Below are positions 12,961-25,200 of a stretch of DNA of 64,000 nt, in pieces. The notes under the pieces were generated by a model. The model did not search any database. It saw only the letters and a program-made list of their open reading frames with translations, and was not told the origin of the DNA. Within the stretch, counting starts at the first letter, position 1, and each line of letters opens with the position of its first letter. This stretch comes from Guillardia theta CCMP2712 (taxonomy: Eukaryota; Protista; Cryptophyta), in NCBI RefSeq assembly GCF_000315625.1, contig NW_005434566.1, positions 168,356 to 232,355 of the forward strand, written 5' to 3'. The position numbers were made by a program, and so were the translations under genes.

Positions 12961-14163
12961 CTCAATATCTGTTATTGTGTTTAATACATTTTATAAGTCA
13001 TAAACTTGGAGTTTTTTTTTTCGGCTGTTCCTCAATCTTTTTTTTATTTTTTTTTGGATCGTCATTGTTTCAGTTTCACCCACTCGCATTCACTTCCCGC
13101 AGACTCTGTGCAGGGGCGGACGAGGGGAGACGGGATGCCCTCCTGGGGGATGAGACACGAGAAGAGATAAGAGGCATGTAAGATGGGTTGGAAGGAGAGG
13201 AGGGACCAGCAGAGTGGACCAGGTGGCAAGAGCCTTGTGGAACCATTGCGAGTGTCGTTGGAGCAAGCACCCTTGGTCTCAGTAAGTTCATGTACAAGGC
13301 AGAAGATACGATCAGCGTGAGTCTAGTGTGTTTGCTTCTGGCTCATGGTCGGTAGAAGCGTTTGATTTGCTAGTCTACAAGAATCAAGAGAGAAATCATC
13401 TTCCATCTTGGTTTCTAGATGATCCTTGTACCCATACTTTTACAACAACAGTCTCCTGGAAGCGAGAAAACAAATAATCCAAAGGAGAGGATAATCTGAG
13501 GGTTTGCTGCATGTTTTTCTGAGAAAACTGTGATGAGGAGCTGTGAATACTGGTTTCGTGACGAGAAGGAGGATGTCATAGTTGGGTTGGTAGGATGGCG
13601 CCATTCTCTTGGGGTTCTTGGTCCTGTTTTGTACGTTTGTGATGACAAGAACCGTTACAGAATCTATTTCCCTCTTGTTTCTGTCTGTACGATAACAGCT
13701 TGATTGTTATCGGATGTGTCTGCTTCAAAATGACTAAAGAAAACTGACGATCAGGTGACATCTGAGGACTCGTAGGGTTGTATAAGACTAATACATATGA
13801 GTATGAGATGATCACCATTTCAGCTCATCATGAACATAATGATGCGCTTTGCGCTCCTTTTTACATTGTGCGGGTCTCCTGGTATGAACTTATATTCAAT
13901 ATCATTGCTATTTTGGCTTGTGTACCTGCTGCATCCGATTGGCTTGTGTACCTGCTGCATCACCCCGGATCAGATCTGAAGTGATGCCAATACAACAAGA
14001 TACCTCACTTGTTTCGCATGTGATATGGTGTTTGAACCACAAACGCAACTGTAGATTAGAATAGTTGTGAAGGAGATGCTGATATACATATGTGTATGTA
14101 TGTATGTTTGTATGCTGATATGCGAAAACTTCATTCGTATCATGAACGACAGGGGACAGTAAA

Positions 14164-14354
14164 TGTTGTATACACAACCTTGCGTAAGACCTTGAGCTCA
14201 GATGATCTTAGGATCACTGTTCATAAGTTACACACACTCATCAGATCAGCAGCATCACTGCAGCTATCTGGCATCGTCGTTCTGTTTCACAACACTACGC
14301 CCAAGGGGCGTCCGGTACGAGTCCAGAATACAACTTCGCAGAGCCGTAATGGCA
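14164..14354 (-). repeat. 3' LTR copy, overlapping the gag C-terminus
   Basis: tgtatacacaaccttgcgtaagaccttgagctcagatgatcttaggatcactgtt is identical to 16138 onward, and similarity continues for about 190 bp. Confidence 0.85.
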
Positions 14355-16075
14355 TTTGCGATGGCGGCTTGACTCGCTGGAGGTTGGGAGGTCTGTGTCA
14401 CTGAGGAAGAAGCATTTCGATGAGCTTGCTTTTCCTTGCGGCAGTACTTCAACGTGCGTCCAGAACGTTTGCAGTACGTGCAGAAGTAATTCGGGGAAGA
14501 ACCGGAGGACTGCGCGGGAGCGCGGGAGGGCTGAGCTCCTGGCGTCGACGGAGAGGGTTGAAGGGCACAAAGAGGCTGCGGAGCCGGAACGAAAGAAGAC
14601 GGTTTGACGAAGGTGAAAGCTTTCTGTGCTAAAAGCGACATCGTGGCAGCGGTAGCAGGATGCATGTGCGCAATGGGGACCATCACAAGTCGGAGATCAG
14701 GGTCACGAAAACCATTGGCGAATTGTTGAAGAAGATTGTGCTCTTGAAAGACGACAGCCTCACATTTGTAGAGTAAAAGCTCGTCAACATAGCGTTGCGT
14801 CCGAAGAGTATAATCAGTAATCGATTCGTTCACGCCTTGACAAAGATTGGTTACTTGTTGCTGGAGCTTGGCGATGTGAGCCGCGGGAGGAAATTGCTGC
14901 GTGATGAAAAGGCAGAATTCCGGCCAGGGAAGAAGGGACAATTCGTCAAGAGGACGATCGTGAGACATGCGTCGAAGAACAGCGTCGTCAAGAAAGGTCG
15001 TCGTGTAGTGAACCCAGAGGTTGCCGGGGATTCGATGGACAGACAGAGCACGTCCCATCTGAGAGAGCCAGCTGTGAATGCTTCGAGAATCAGCCTGACC
15101 AAGAAAGGGGGTGATGGAGGTTCTGGGCTGAAACTTCGGGAGTTTGTCACCATTGAAAGGCTGGGAGGGACTGACGGGCGTGGGCTGAGGAATCCGCGAC
15201 ATGCACGCGTCACGAGAGGGGTTCTGCTGCGTGTAAGAAGCACGAATACCTGGCAACGGAGTCATCAGTTTCTCTGGTAAGAGAGAAGTCGGAGGCGGAG
15301 CTTTGGGAATCGACGAAGGGTCTGACTCAACCGGGAGGGCAAGCATCTGCAACAGCCGAGGGCTGGGAGGGGAAGGAGAACTCGTCAAGCGCAGAGACGG
15401 TTGCGCGCTGGACGGGGCAGGGAGGGGCTTCAAGCGCTGGATTGCTGAAACTGAGGTAGAAAGGGCGGAAACCAGGCGTTCTTGAAGTTCATATGATTGA
15501 GCAAGTAGACGATAATTGAATTCCTGAGATTGCTCAAATTGACGATCCAGCTTGCGTTCAAGTTCTTCCTGACGCTTCTGGGCATCCTTGCGGGCATCTG
15601 CATTCTGTTGCAGGAGTAAAGCAAAAAGTTGACTAAGAGATGGTTCTTTGTCGCTGGCGGCAGGAGAGTTCCGACCCGAAGACATCGCAGAGATGGGCTC
15701 AGCCCATCCGAACACCCCTGCGGCAGGGGTGTTCGGAGAACATGCTCCAGAGGCTGACGTGAAGTTGCGGAAAGAATGCGGAGCTGGAGACTCCCTGGCT
15801 AAGACAGACGGTGCTGGTACAGGCGTAACAAAGAATGGGCGAGCACCAGAAGCTGGATGGGAATCCTCCTGTGGTCGATCTTGCATAATAGAATCATCAT
15901 CTCTCGTTACGGAAAAGAGACGGGGAAATTGAAATTGTTCAGCTCCAACATTTGGGTGGATTGTGGTTGGATCAGCAACTTGTTCCGTAGATCTCTGAAT
16001 CCTTCGTTCACTGGTCTGAGCCTTACGCGATCTTTTCACTTTCAACAGTTTGCTTGCTTTCTTTGCTGAAATCAT
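14264..16075 (-). CDS. gag: Retrotransposon Gag-like protein (coiled coil, capsid domain, degenerate CCHC knuckle)
   Basis: Intronless 603-aa ORF. Capsid-like PWPEFCLFITQQFP...LCQGVNESITDYTLR. The knuckle reads CTYCKRSGRTLKYC, with His replaced by Arg. Confidence 0.85.
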   Translation of the reverse strand: MISAKKASKLLKVKRSRKAQTSERRIQRSTEQVADPTTIHPNVGAEQFQFPRLFSVTRDDDSIMQDRPQEDSHPASGARPFFVTPVPAPSVLARESPAPHSFRNFTSASGACSPNTPAAGVFGWAEPISAMSSGRNSPAASDKEPSLSQLFALLLQQNADARKDAQKRQEELERKLDRQFEQSQEFNYRLLAQSYELQERLVSALSTSVSAIQRLKPLPAPSSAQPSLRLTSSPSPPSPRLLQMLALPVESDPSSIPKAPPPTSLLPEKLMTPLPGIRASYTQQNPSRDACMSRIPQPTPVSPSQPFNGDKLPKFQPRTSITPFLGQADSRSIHSWLSQMGRALSVHRIPGNLWVHYTTTFLDDAVLRRMSHDRPLDELSLLPWPEFCLFITQQFPPAAHIAKLQQQVTNLCQGVNESITDYTLRTQRYVDELLLYKCEAVVFQEHNLLQQFANGFRDPDLRLVMVPIAHMHPATAATMSLLAQKAFTFVKPSSFVPAPQPLCALQPSPSTPGAQPSRAPAQSSGSSPNYFCTYCKRSGRTLKYCRKEKQAHRNASSSVTQTSQPPASQAAIANAITALRSCILDSYRTPLGRSVVKQNDDAR

Positions 16076-16134
16076 TCTTGGAATCGTTTGAGATTCTGAA
16101 TCAAAGCTCGAATGTGAACCAATTCGCTACCATG

Positions 16135-16397
16135 TGATGTATACACAACCTTGCGTAAGACCTTGAGCTCAGATGATCTTAGGATCACTGTTGATTAAGC
16201 ACACACACTCATCAGATCAGCAGCATCACTACTGCTGCTGGCTGGCATCGTCATTCTGTTTCCCTACGCCACCTCTACGTTACTAAGTTACCAGGTACGT
16301 TACACCCAAGGGGCGTCCCGGCGGTAACTTCGGCGGCGGCCGGGCCCGGAATCATAATGAGAGTCCAGAATCTTGAATCTTGAATACCGTAGTGGCA
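16135..16397 (-). repeat. 5' LTR copy, with its distal part interrupted by short insertions
   Basis: Close match to 14164-14298, followed by collinear anchors at 16305-16318, 16361-16371 and 16387-16397. Confidence 0.8.
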
Positions 16398-17200
16398 GCC
16401 GTGGCCGGGACCCCGGATCGGACCCGCCGCCACTGGCACCGTCCGTCGGATCACCTCGTGGCACCGGGCCGAGTGACGCCGCCGGAGCACAAGTTTGTGA
16501 CCTGAGACTTGTACTATGCCGCTCCACGCAGATATCACCGTCATCGACCTTAGTCACGTTGTAACAAGACAGTTTTGAAAGTTTTGCTCACACGCCGCGT
16601 CGTCCGACGGCAATTGACTCAGTCGGCGGGCCTCACGGCGCCGGTCACGTGACGGTGACGTGCCAGGCTAGTCAGTACGGTCACCGCCCGATCACCGTGA
16701 CGCCGGACAGAGTCTAGCCTACCGTACTCCCGAGTAGTCCGATCGGATGGCCCGCCATCCTCGCCGGCGGGGCGGTTTCACTTTACTCAAAGTTAAGTGA
16801 AAAATCAGTTTAGTTCAGTTCACGGTTCCGAGCTTTGCCGCTAGCCTGGCAGATGTGACCGTACGGGCCGGCGGTGGCACGTGACGGACCGTAAGTTCAG
16901 CTCAGCGGCCGCCGGCAAACCCAGTGGGCCAAGCCCGGCCGCCCGGCCGCCAGTGACCGTACTAGGCTACCCGCCGGGCCCGGGTGCGCCGGGCCCATCA
17001 TAGTCGTACCGGTACCGTGCCGCAAATCAGTGAACCGTCCGGACAGCCTGGCAGTGACCGCCCGGCCACTAACCGTCCGGTGTGGCACCCGATGACTGAG
17101 TCGGACCGGCGGAAGTTGAGGCGGCACGGTCTTGCTATCATGCCAGTCGCCGGGTCACGGCTGTCCCTCGCGACTGAGTCAGTACGGTATCCGATGATCG
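16270..17200. other. GC-rich micro-palindrome island
   Basis: Dense ccgg, gtac, gtcac/gtgac and ctgag/tcag words, with short palindromes such as gtaccggtac, tccgatcgga and ccgggcccgg. No credible ORF. Confidence 0.7.
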
Positions 17201-17359
17201 CTGATATCATAATTATATTTTATTGAGGCGGACTTGGGTAAGTTGATCCGACATTGCCGCAATGAGGCTCGGAACGAGCAGCGGAGGAGGGGGGACGTGA
17301 GATAGGACGAGAGAAGGGAAGGGAGGAGTACGAGATGAGTAGGGGAGGAGAGGAGGTGA

Positions 17360-17600
17360 GAAGGAGGTGAGGAGTTGCGAAGGAGGTGAGGGGAGGAGGA
17401 CGAGGAGAGGAGAGGAGTTGCGAAGGAGAGGAGGGGAGGAGGAGGAGGAGAGGAGAGGAGTTGCGAAGGAGAGGAGGGGAGGAGGAGGAGGAGAGGAGAG
17501 GAGTTGCGAAGGAGAGGAGGGAAGGAGGAGGGGCAGAGGAGAGGAGTTGCGAAGGAGAGGAGGAGGAGGAGAGGGGGGAAGGAGAGGAGGAGGAGGGGAG
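17360..17600. repeat. Purine-rich minisatellite, five units with a 43-bp period
   Basis: The core gagttgcgaagga recurs at 17372, 17415, 17458, 17501 and 17544. Confidence 0.9.
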
Positions 17601-18006
17601 GAGAGGAGGAAGATGGGATGGAGACGGGAGGAAGACAGGAGTGAAATGTATTGGAAACGAGGACATGGCGGAGTAATGACTCAGTGATTGGGTCTAGAAG
17701 GAGAGATGTGATGCAGACTGGGATTGTTTTAACTGGGAGGTGCATTCAGGGAAGGAGAATTGAAGGAGTACAAGATGCATGTCAAGACCTGTTAGCGATA
17801 GAGTGGCGAGCATACGGACTGGGCAGGAATCCTGATTGTCGTCACCCCGTCGCTATCTTGCAACCATTCTTCGGCTCCGCAACCTCCGCTTCGCTCCGAG
17901 AGGTCGAGGACTTCATAGGATCGAAGGTCAAGGCTGCACGGTGAGGGATTGGCGTGGAGGAGAAGGACGGCCTGACTTGCTCTGGAAGCGATGGGGTGCC
18001 TGTAGC

Positions 18007-19779
18007 ATGCAGAAACAAGTTGCCGTCTTCTTGTTGTGCATCTTCACTCTCTTCTTCATCTTCGTCTGGCACTCGTGGCTAAGAAACAGCTTCCAACCGT
18101 AGCCTCACTCTCCCCTCCAGCACCGCGTCCTCCCTCTCCCCGTTCTTGCAATCTCGCTGCCTCCCGTGCTGCCCTCCACTGTTGTGAAAATTCTCACTGC
18201 TGAGATTCTTTGACCCCCGATCTCCATCACTCTTCTCCTTCTCTCTTCTCCTTTTCTACCTTCCTGTCCCTCCCTTCCTCTCTCTCTCCCTGCTCCCTTG
18301 CCCCCTCTCTCGCTCGTCCTGATCCTGTGCTGGCTATCCTGCAGGTCTATCAAGGTGAGGAGTCAGCGGATCAGTTCAACCCATTGCAGGCATTGGAAGC
18401 CCAAGAGGGTGGCAGGAAAAGTTTGTTCCCTGCCCCTGGCTGTGCTGGAGGTGAGAACGAGAGGACAAGGATACTGAGATCAGAATCTGTGGAGACGACG
18501 ATGGAGATGTTGAGAGCAGTTTGCACACAAAGAGACATGTGGTGGATGTGTTGATGGAAGTGGTACGCGATAGTAGATGATGATTGGGTTGATGATGTTT
18601 ACTATGACGGTTCCTTGTCTGTTCATGCGTCTAATCTAGTCTGGAACAGAAGAGACCAACCACTTGCCCCACAAGGTACTTGACGTATGTTGACTGGAAT
18701 GGAGCACAAACAAACAACCAGGAAACTCAATGAAACATGGTTGTGTTTCAGATTCTGACATGTTGAAGGCAGATTATTGCCTTGATGAATGCTCTGCAAG
18801 TCTCGCGATCAAACAATCTCACGCTCATCCTCTCTCCCGGTGTGCTATCAGTTCAGATCGATGATAGTGATCATAATGATGGAGATTATGAAGACGATAA
18901 AACTGATGATGATGATGGAAATGATGGAGATGTCGTCCAACGACGACGACAATAATGATCACCACAATGTAGAAGCATCAGCTGCTGCCGCTCGTGATGG
19001 AGATGATGATGATGGCATTGGAGACGAATGATGGTGGAGAAAATTTGACATTGATTTGCTCCCACCAGCTGCGTCGGCTTTGGTTGAAGATGTTTTCCGC
19101 ATTCAAGAGCTTCAGAAGTTCTTCTGTGTCATGTACGATATCGGCATGTCGCTCAACAACGTTTCTGCATTCATCTCAACACAAAGAGGAACAAGGGCTG
19201 TCGTTCCTAACGGAGCTGAGGGCAAAGTTGTTGTCAGCACAGGTGAAAGTCTGTGTTTGATATCTTCATGTGTCTTGCACACTCAGTTGAGCTCGGTTCT
19301 CAATCTTTAAGATCTGCCAGAACTCTTGTTGTTTGTTGTCGACACTTGTTGTTTGTTGTCGACACTGCCTTCTCCTCGCTTGCCTGTTCCCCGCTAGCCA
19401 TAGCTGAGGACCACTCCTGCTCTCTCGCTCGCTCTTCTCTCTCTGACGGACCTCTCCTCGTCCCGAGCAGGACTGCATGCTGGGCAGGACATGTTCCGAC
19501 TTGTTGGACCACCAGGTTTCTCTCCAAAGATGATACAACACCTCCTTCTCAGGTCCAACAAACAGATCTGCGAGGTATCTCGATTGTGCTGGAGGTGTTG
19601 TTGGCTGATGCCGCTGTTGCAGAAAGTTGACTTGATCCTTAACAACATCTACAAGCGAGGGAACGGATACGTGGCCGTACATCTGTATGATTATATCAAT
19701 CAGACTTGACGACGATGATGACTATGGAAACGTTGTTTTTGTTGTTGTTGATGATGATATCTAAGATGTTTATGTGTAT

Positions 19780-19815
<36 letters not shown>

Positions 19816-20444
19816 TGCATTTGGTGTTGGTGTTGGTGTTGGTGTTGGTGGTGGTGATGATGATATCGATGATGATGATAGAGATGATAGAGATGATGAT
19901 GATTGAAGCAACTGCAATTCGCGAAATGATGAAGAATCTGCTCGAGGGTCTGACTGTGTTAATGAACGGACAGGAGGAGCATGGATGGAACCTGTCAGCA
20001 GCGAGCAAATCTGTTTTCAGCTGAGAGCAGCAACAGAGGCAAGCAAGTCACAGTTGTTGTCTCTTCCTGCTAAGATGCTGTCTCTTGCTCTTCAGACGCG
20101 CGTTACTGCCTCATGTCCCCCGGATACGTTCTCAAGTCGCTCCTCACGGCCATCATGGAAGACTGCGATCTGGAGACAGTCTGGTATCTTGTCGTTCCCT
20201 CATGCTGAAGGTCTTGACGGACCTGGCAGCTCTCCCAAGTATGCGCGAGTGTGCGAGCAGGCCATGAAGGCAGGGACAGAGGAGGTGGAGAAGGAGAGAG
20301 AACAAGTACATGCGGCTATCAAGCACATCCTCGTGTCCAGGAGGTTGGTTCTGTTCGTGGCTCACGACCTCGCGCGGATCGTTGAAGCAAGTGAGAAGTC
20401 CCTTGACATTCTTGTATCAATTCCTTCCTACTACCTCATCTCTT

Positions 20445-20504
<60 letters not shown>

Positions 20505-21726
20505 TTTCCCCTGCTACTTCTCCTTCTTCTTTTCCTTCTTCTGCTCCTTGTTTCTTCTCACTCAGCCTCGGAAGTTGACAACCCGAACGACCCGATTCTC
20601 TTTCCTGTGGATTCGATTCTTTACGACATGTGCCGGTAAGACAATCACAAGTTGTGTTCTTATGCCAATACGTTGCTTTGAGCTTTGGCTCGTTGTCCTC
20701 CTCTTCCTTTGTTCATCCTCTTAATCATGACGAGCAGGCAGACCAAGTGTGAAACATGCTGTGAAAAGTTCAATACCATGTTTCAAGAGCCCCCGTCGAA
20801 CTCCTCCTCCACCTCCACCTCCACCACCACCACCTCCTCCTCCTCCTCCTCCTCTCTCTTTTCCCAATCCTCTTCCCTCCACTTCATCAACCCCTCCTCC
20901 AACGTCAAGGCATTCTTCAACATCGCAACCATTTGCGAGACTGCCTCGGTAGAAGCAATGCTCAAGACTTGTCCAGTGCAGGAAGTCTACGACGCTTCTT
21001 GCTCGGAATTTATCAACCAGGCCTCGAGGATAGTCAACTTCTGCTCGCTCCTCCTCCTCAAGAAACTTGGAGCTCTCGACTCTTCTCAACTCTCCTCTTC
21101 CCCTCCTCCTCCTCCTCCTCCTCCTCCTCTACCAATTCCTCCTCTCCTCCCACCTCCTTCCGACATGCTCCTTTGATCGACATGCTTCTCCTGGCTCTCT
21201 CAGACATCTTCATCGGCAACCCCACCAGCACCTTCTCCTCTAACGCCGCACTGCTCCGCCGAGGCCTCGCCAAGTCTTCCCCTCGCGCAACCAACATGAA
21301 GCTCGACGAGCTGGAATGCTACGGGACGCGTGAGCCAGCGTTCGAGTTCCGGAGGAGCATGCGGAGAGAAGAAATGAAGGAGGAGGAGGAGCGGAAGAAG
21401 AGGAGGGAGGAGTCGCGCAAGAAGAAAGGGGGAGGGGAGGCGAAACTGAGGGAGAAAATAACAAGTAAGGGGAACAAGACAAAGTCGAAGCTGCTGTCAA
21501 CCAACAAGAACGTCACGAAGATGATGGAGAACGTGACGGTCAAAGATGAAAAGGAGGGAGAAGTCAACATGCAGGTACAAGAGAAGGTTGTTGAGTCCAT
21601 GTTCTCCTCGAGCGATCTGTTTGCTGCCGAGGACTCCAGCTGGAAATGTCAGCATGGCAAGATAAGTGATGGGAGACACGAGTGGTACATAGGTGAGATT
21701 CTGCTGAGATGCCCGTTCATGATGCC

Positions 21727-21773
<47 letters not shown>

Positions 21774-21916
21774 CGATGATGATGGAAACAGAATACGATG
21801 ATGATATTGCTGTGGTTTTCTTTTTCTAGATGAGATTCATAAAAATCTGTCGCTGACTGTTTGCAGGAAAACTTCCGACGTTGAGATGGAATGAGACCTC
21901 TCTGTCTTTCACATAG
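18007..21916 (+). CDS. Type II membrane O-fucosyltransferase-like glycosyltransferase (multi-exon)
   Basis: N-terminal anchor MQKQVAVFLLCIFTLFFIFVW. Motifs GYVAVHL (~19665) and IDMLLLALSDIFIGNPTSTFSSNAALLR (~21175-21260) resemble GDP-fucose-binding GT-B motifs. The last exon KLPTLRWNETSLSFT* ends at 21916. The start and middle exons are uncertain. Confidence 0.65.
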
Positions 21917-22202
21917 TCGGATGACAACTCAGTATATTCAGTCAAGGTTGCACAAAGATATTCGTGAATATGTTAACGTCCGCTGTATTGATGCAAAAAC
22001 TGTAAATGTACCATCATGACAACAGAACAAACATGTGAAATCACTATAGATACACGAGGTGTAAGGAAACCTCACCAGGTTAGTTGGCAAAGAGGACAAG
22101 ATAACCACAACAAGGAAGCCATCACATCACATCAAACACCATACACCACCAAATCTCATCCTAGCTTCCGTTGATCTGCCCCCCTCCTCCTCTTCCTCAT
22201 CC

Positions 22203-25200
22203 TCATCGACTTCCGAACGACCCAGTCCTCCTCGCGTTGGAGTTGCTGAGGGCTGGCAGCTTGGTCTTCTCATCCTTCTTCTTCCCCCACGCCAGCGGGT
22301 CCATCACTCCCACCTGAGGTCCACCACCGAACTTGTGGTTGAAATTCTCCTCCCTGTTGATCAGCTCCAGCTTGTAGAACTTCATCTCCTCCTCCATCTT
22401 CTTGGTCTTGTTCCCCAGCTGAACGATCTCATCTTCAAGCTCTCTTATCTTCTCCAGATCCTCCTCCCTGGATGCCCTGTTGTTGAACTTCATCGTGATC
22501 GCCTCCAGCTCCGCCTCCAGCTGCCTGCACCGCTCCTGCAGCAGCTCCTGCGCACTCTGGAACTCTCGCTGCAGCCCAACCGTCTCCTCGAGGTGCTCGT
22601 TCACAAGCGCGTCCACCTCCTCCTTGCTCTTCGCCAGCAGCGCTGCTCTCTGCTCCGCCAGTTCTCTCCTCCCCTTGTCTATCTCCGCCTGCAGCTCCTC
22701 CTCCCTCTCCGCCAACGTCTTCTTCGTCCTCCGAATCTCCTCCTCCAGTGCAGACAGGGATTCATCCTGCGTACGGATCCTCTCCCACGCCTCCCCGAGC
22801 TGAGCTTCCTTCCCTTCCATCGCGCTCCTGTGCTCTTCTGAGCTCCTCTGTTCGCGGTCCTGGTGCTCCTTCTTAAGATTGCTGCACGTCTCCTCCATCT
22901 CCTGCCTGTGCTTCTCCTCCATCCTCTTGCTCTCCGCCAAGAGCTTCTCCGCGGAGCCTTTCTTCTCCTCCTCCAGCTCCTTCGCCGCGCGCGCCTTCCC
23001 CTCCTCCGTCTCCTTGCGGTGTGCGTCCTTTAGCGCCTCCATCTCAGCTCCTCGCTCCTGGAGCTCCTTGTCGTACGTCCGCTTCAACTCCTCCTCCCTC
23101 TTCGCCACCTGCCTCACCGTCTCCTTCTCCGCCTCCTCCTTCATCTTCGCCTTCTCCGCCCCGAATCGCTTCCCCTGCTCCGCCATCTCCTCCTCCAGCC
23201 GCGTGATCGCACTCTTCCCCTCCCCTCGGATCCTCTCAGCCTCCTCCTCGTGCTGCTGCTTCATCGCAGCAATCGCCTCCTCCCTGTTCCTCTCCAGCCT
23301 CTCCTTCAGCTCCTGCAGCGCTTTCTGTGCATCCTTGCTGCTGGCAGACAGCAGCTCCTCCTTCAGCTCCTGCATCCTCCTGTCCAGCTCCTCCTGAAAC
23401 CTCCGCTCTGCTTCCTCCGCCTTTCTCTCCGCCTCCTCCTTCATCTGCCTGATTTGCGACTCCAGAAGTTCCCTCTTCTCCTCCAGCTCTGCGATCTTGG
23501 CTGTCGCCTCCTCCAGCTTAGCCTTGAGCTCGTCAGCTTTCTTCGCCTTCTCCTTGGCGAGCTCTTTCTCCAGCTCAAGCTTCTTCTTGATCATTCCATC
23601 CAGCTCCTCCTTCAGCCGCTTGACCTGCAGGGTGAAGACTCAGCTCCTTGTCACATCATCTCACGCCTCCTCCTCCTCCTCCTCCTCCTCCTCCTCCTCC
23701 TCCTCCTCCTCCTCCTCCTCCTCCTCCTCCTCCTCTCCCATCATCCTGGTCTCTTCCTCTCACCTCCTTGCTTGCATTGACGGTGCTATCGGCCATCTCT
23801 TTTTCCATCATCGTTAGCCTTGCCTTCAGCTTGTCTTTCTCCTCCGTCACGCTGTACAGCTCTCTCCGAAGAGCCTCCGTCGAGTCCTTGCTGGCCTTCT
23901 CCTGGGCAGACAGCTGGCTCTCCATCGCCTTCTTGACCTCCGCGAGCTCTTTTCTCAGCTTCTCCACCTCCGCCTCGCTCTTCTTGAGCTTCTCCGCTAT
24001 CTCCCCAGACGTCTCCTGCATCTTTTTCTCCAGCTCCACGATCGTCTGCTTCCTGCCCTCGCTCTCCTTCCTCGACCCCTCCAGCTCTCTCTCCAGCTGA
24101 GTCAGCTTGTCCTGCAGCTGCTCGATCTCCTTCTGCCGGAGGAGGAGCTCCTCCTCTAGCTGCTTCACCTTCTTCTCCATCCCCTGCTTCCCGTCCTTGG
24201 CTTCGGCTTCAGCGGCACTGAGCCGATCCGCCAGCTCGTCCCTCCTGCTCTTCAACTTGGCGATCTCGCTGTTGAGCTTCTCCACAGCTTGTTCGCTGCT
24301 CTTCCTGGCGGCCTCTAGCTCTGATTGCAACTTGGACACCTGACCCTCCAGAGACTTGAGCTCCTTCTCCTTGTCCGCCAACTTGCTCTTCATCTCCTTC
24401 TCTGCCTCCGTCAATCGTTTCTGGAAGTCTTTCTCGCGCTCTCCCTGCGACTTCTCTCCATCTTTCAGCATCTGGCACGGGTATCAATTATGGCCTGTGC
24501 AACTTCCCTCCTCATCCTCCTCCTCCTCCTCTTTCTCCTCCTCCTCCCCTTCTCCTCTTTCTCTTCCTCCTCTTACTCCTCCTCCTCCCCTTCTCCTCAC
24601 CTGCGAGAGCTCCTTGATCTTCCCCTCTTTCTCTGCGATAATTTTGTCCTTATCTGCAATCAACTTGTCCTTGTCCGCAAGCTGGAGATCAACCGTCAGG
24701 CTCGCCAACACACAACAAGTCATTCACCTTCTGCTTCAGTTCATCTGCCCCCTTCTTCATCTCCTCCTCAAGTCGCGCCTGAAGCTTCTTCTTCTCCGCC
24801 TCCGCCTCCTCCACCTTCTTCTTCAGCTGCTCGATCTCCTTGATGTCGCCCTCCTTGCTCTTGGAACCATCTTCCATCGCCTTCTTCAGCTCCTCCTTCA
24901 GCTTCTCGATCTCCTTCCTCGCCTCTGCCATCGCCTCCTGGGCCTGTTGCGCGCTTTTTTTTGCCTCCTCCTTGAGCTTACGGATGGTTTCTTCCGACTC
25001 CTTCGAAGAGGCTTCAAGGTCCTTTCTCAGCTGAGCCGCCGTTCCTTCCAGACTCTTCAAGTCTCTCGCTAGCCCATCTCGTTCTCCCGTCATCTCCTGC
25101 AGTCTCCCGTCAGCTCCTCTCCCTCTCCCTCCCACAGGGCCGCTCCCTCACCTGCAACTTCGCCGCCAGCTCGCTCGCCCGAGACCGAGCCTCATCCAAC

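Larger units (their letters stand above)
14164..16400 (-). mobile_element. Non-autonomous Gag-only LTR retroelement (Ty3/gypsy-like Gag)
   Basis: Direct repeats 14164-~14354 and 16135-~16397 end in CA on the minus strand. PBS-like TGGTAGCG (plus 16125-16132) lies 2 nt inside the 5' repeat. A single gag ORF is present. No protease, RT or integrase, and no obvious PPT or TSD. Confidence 0.85.

Noticed and set aside
17360-17600. Regularly spaced gagttgcgaagga resembling a CRISPR array
   Set aside because: The spacers are near-identical GGA-rich sequence, there are no cas genes and the context is eukaryotic. It is a minisatellite.
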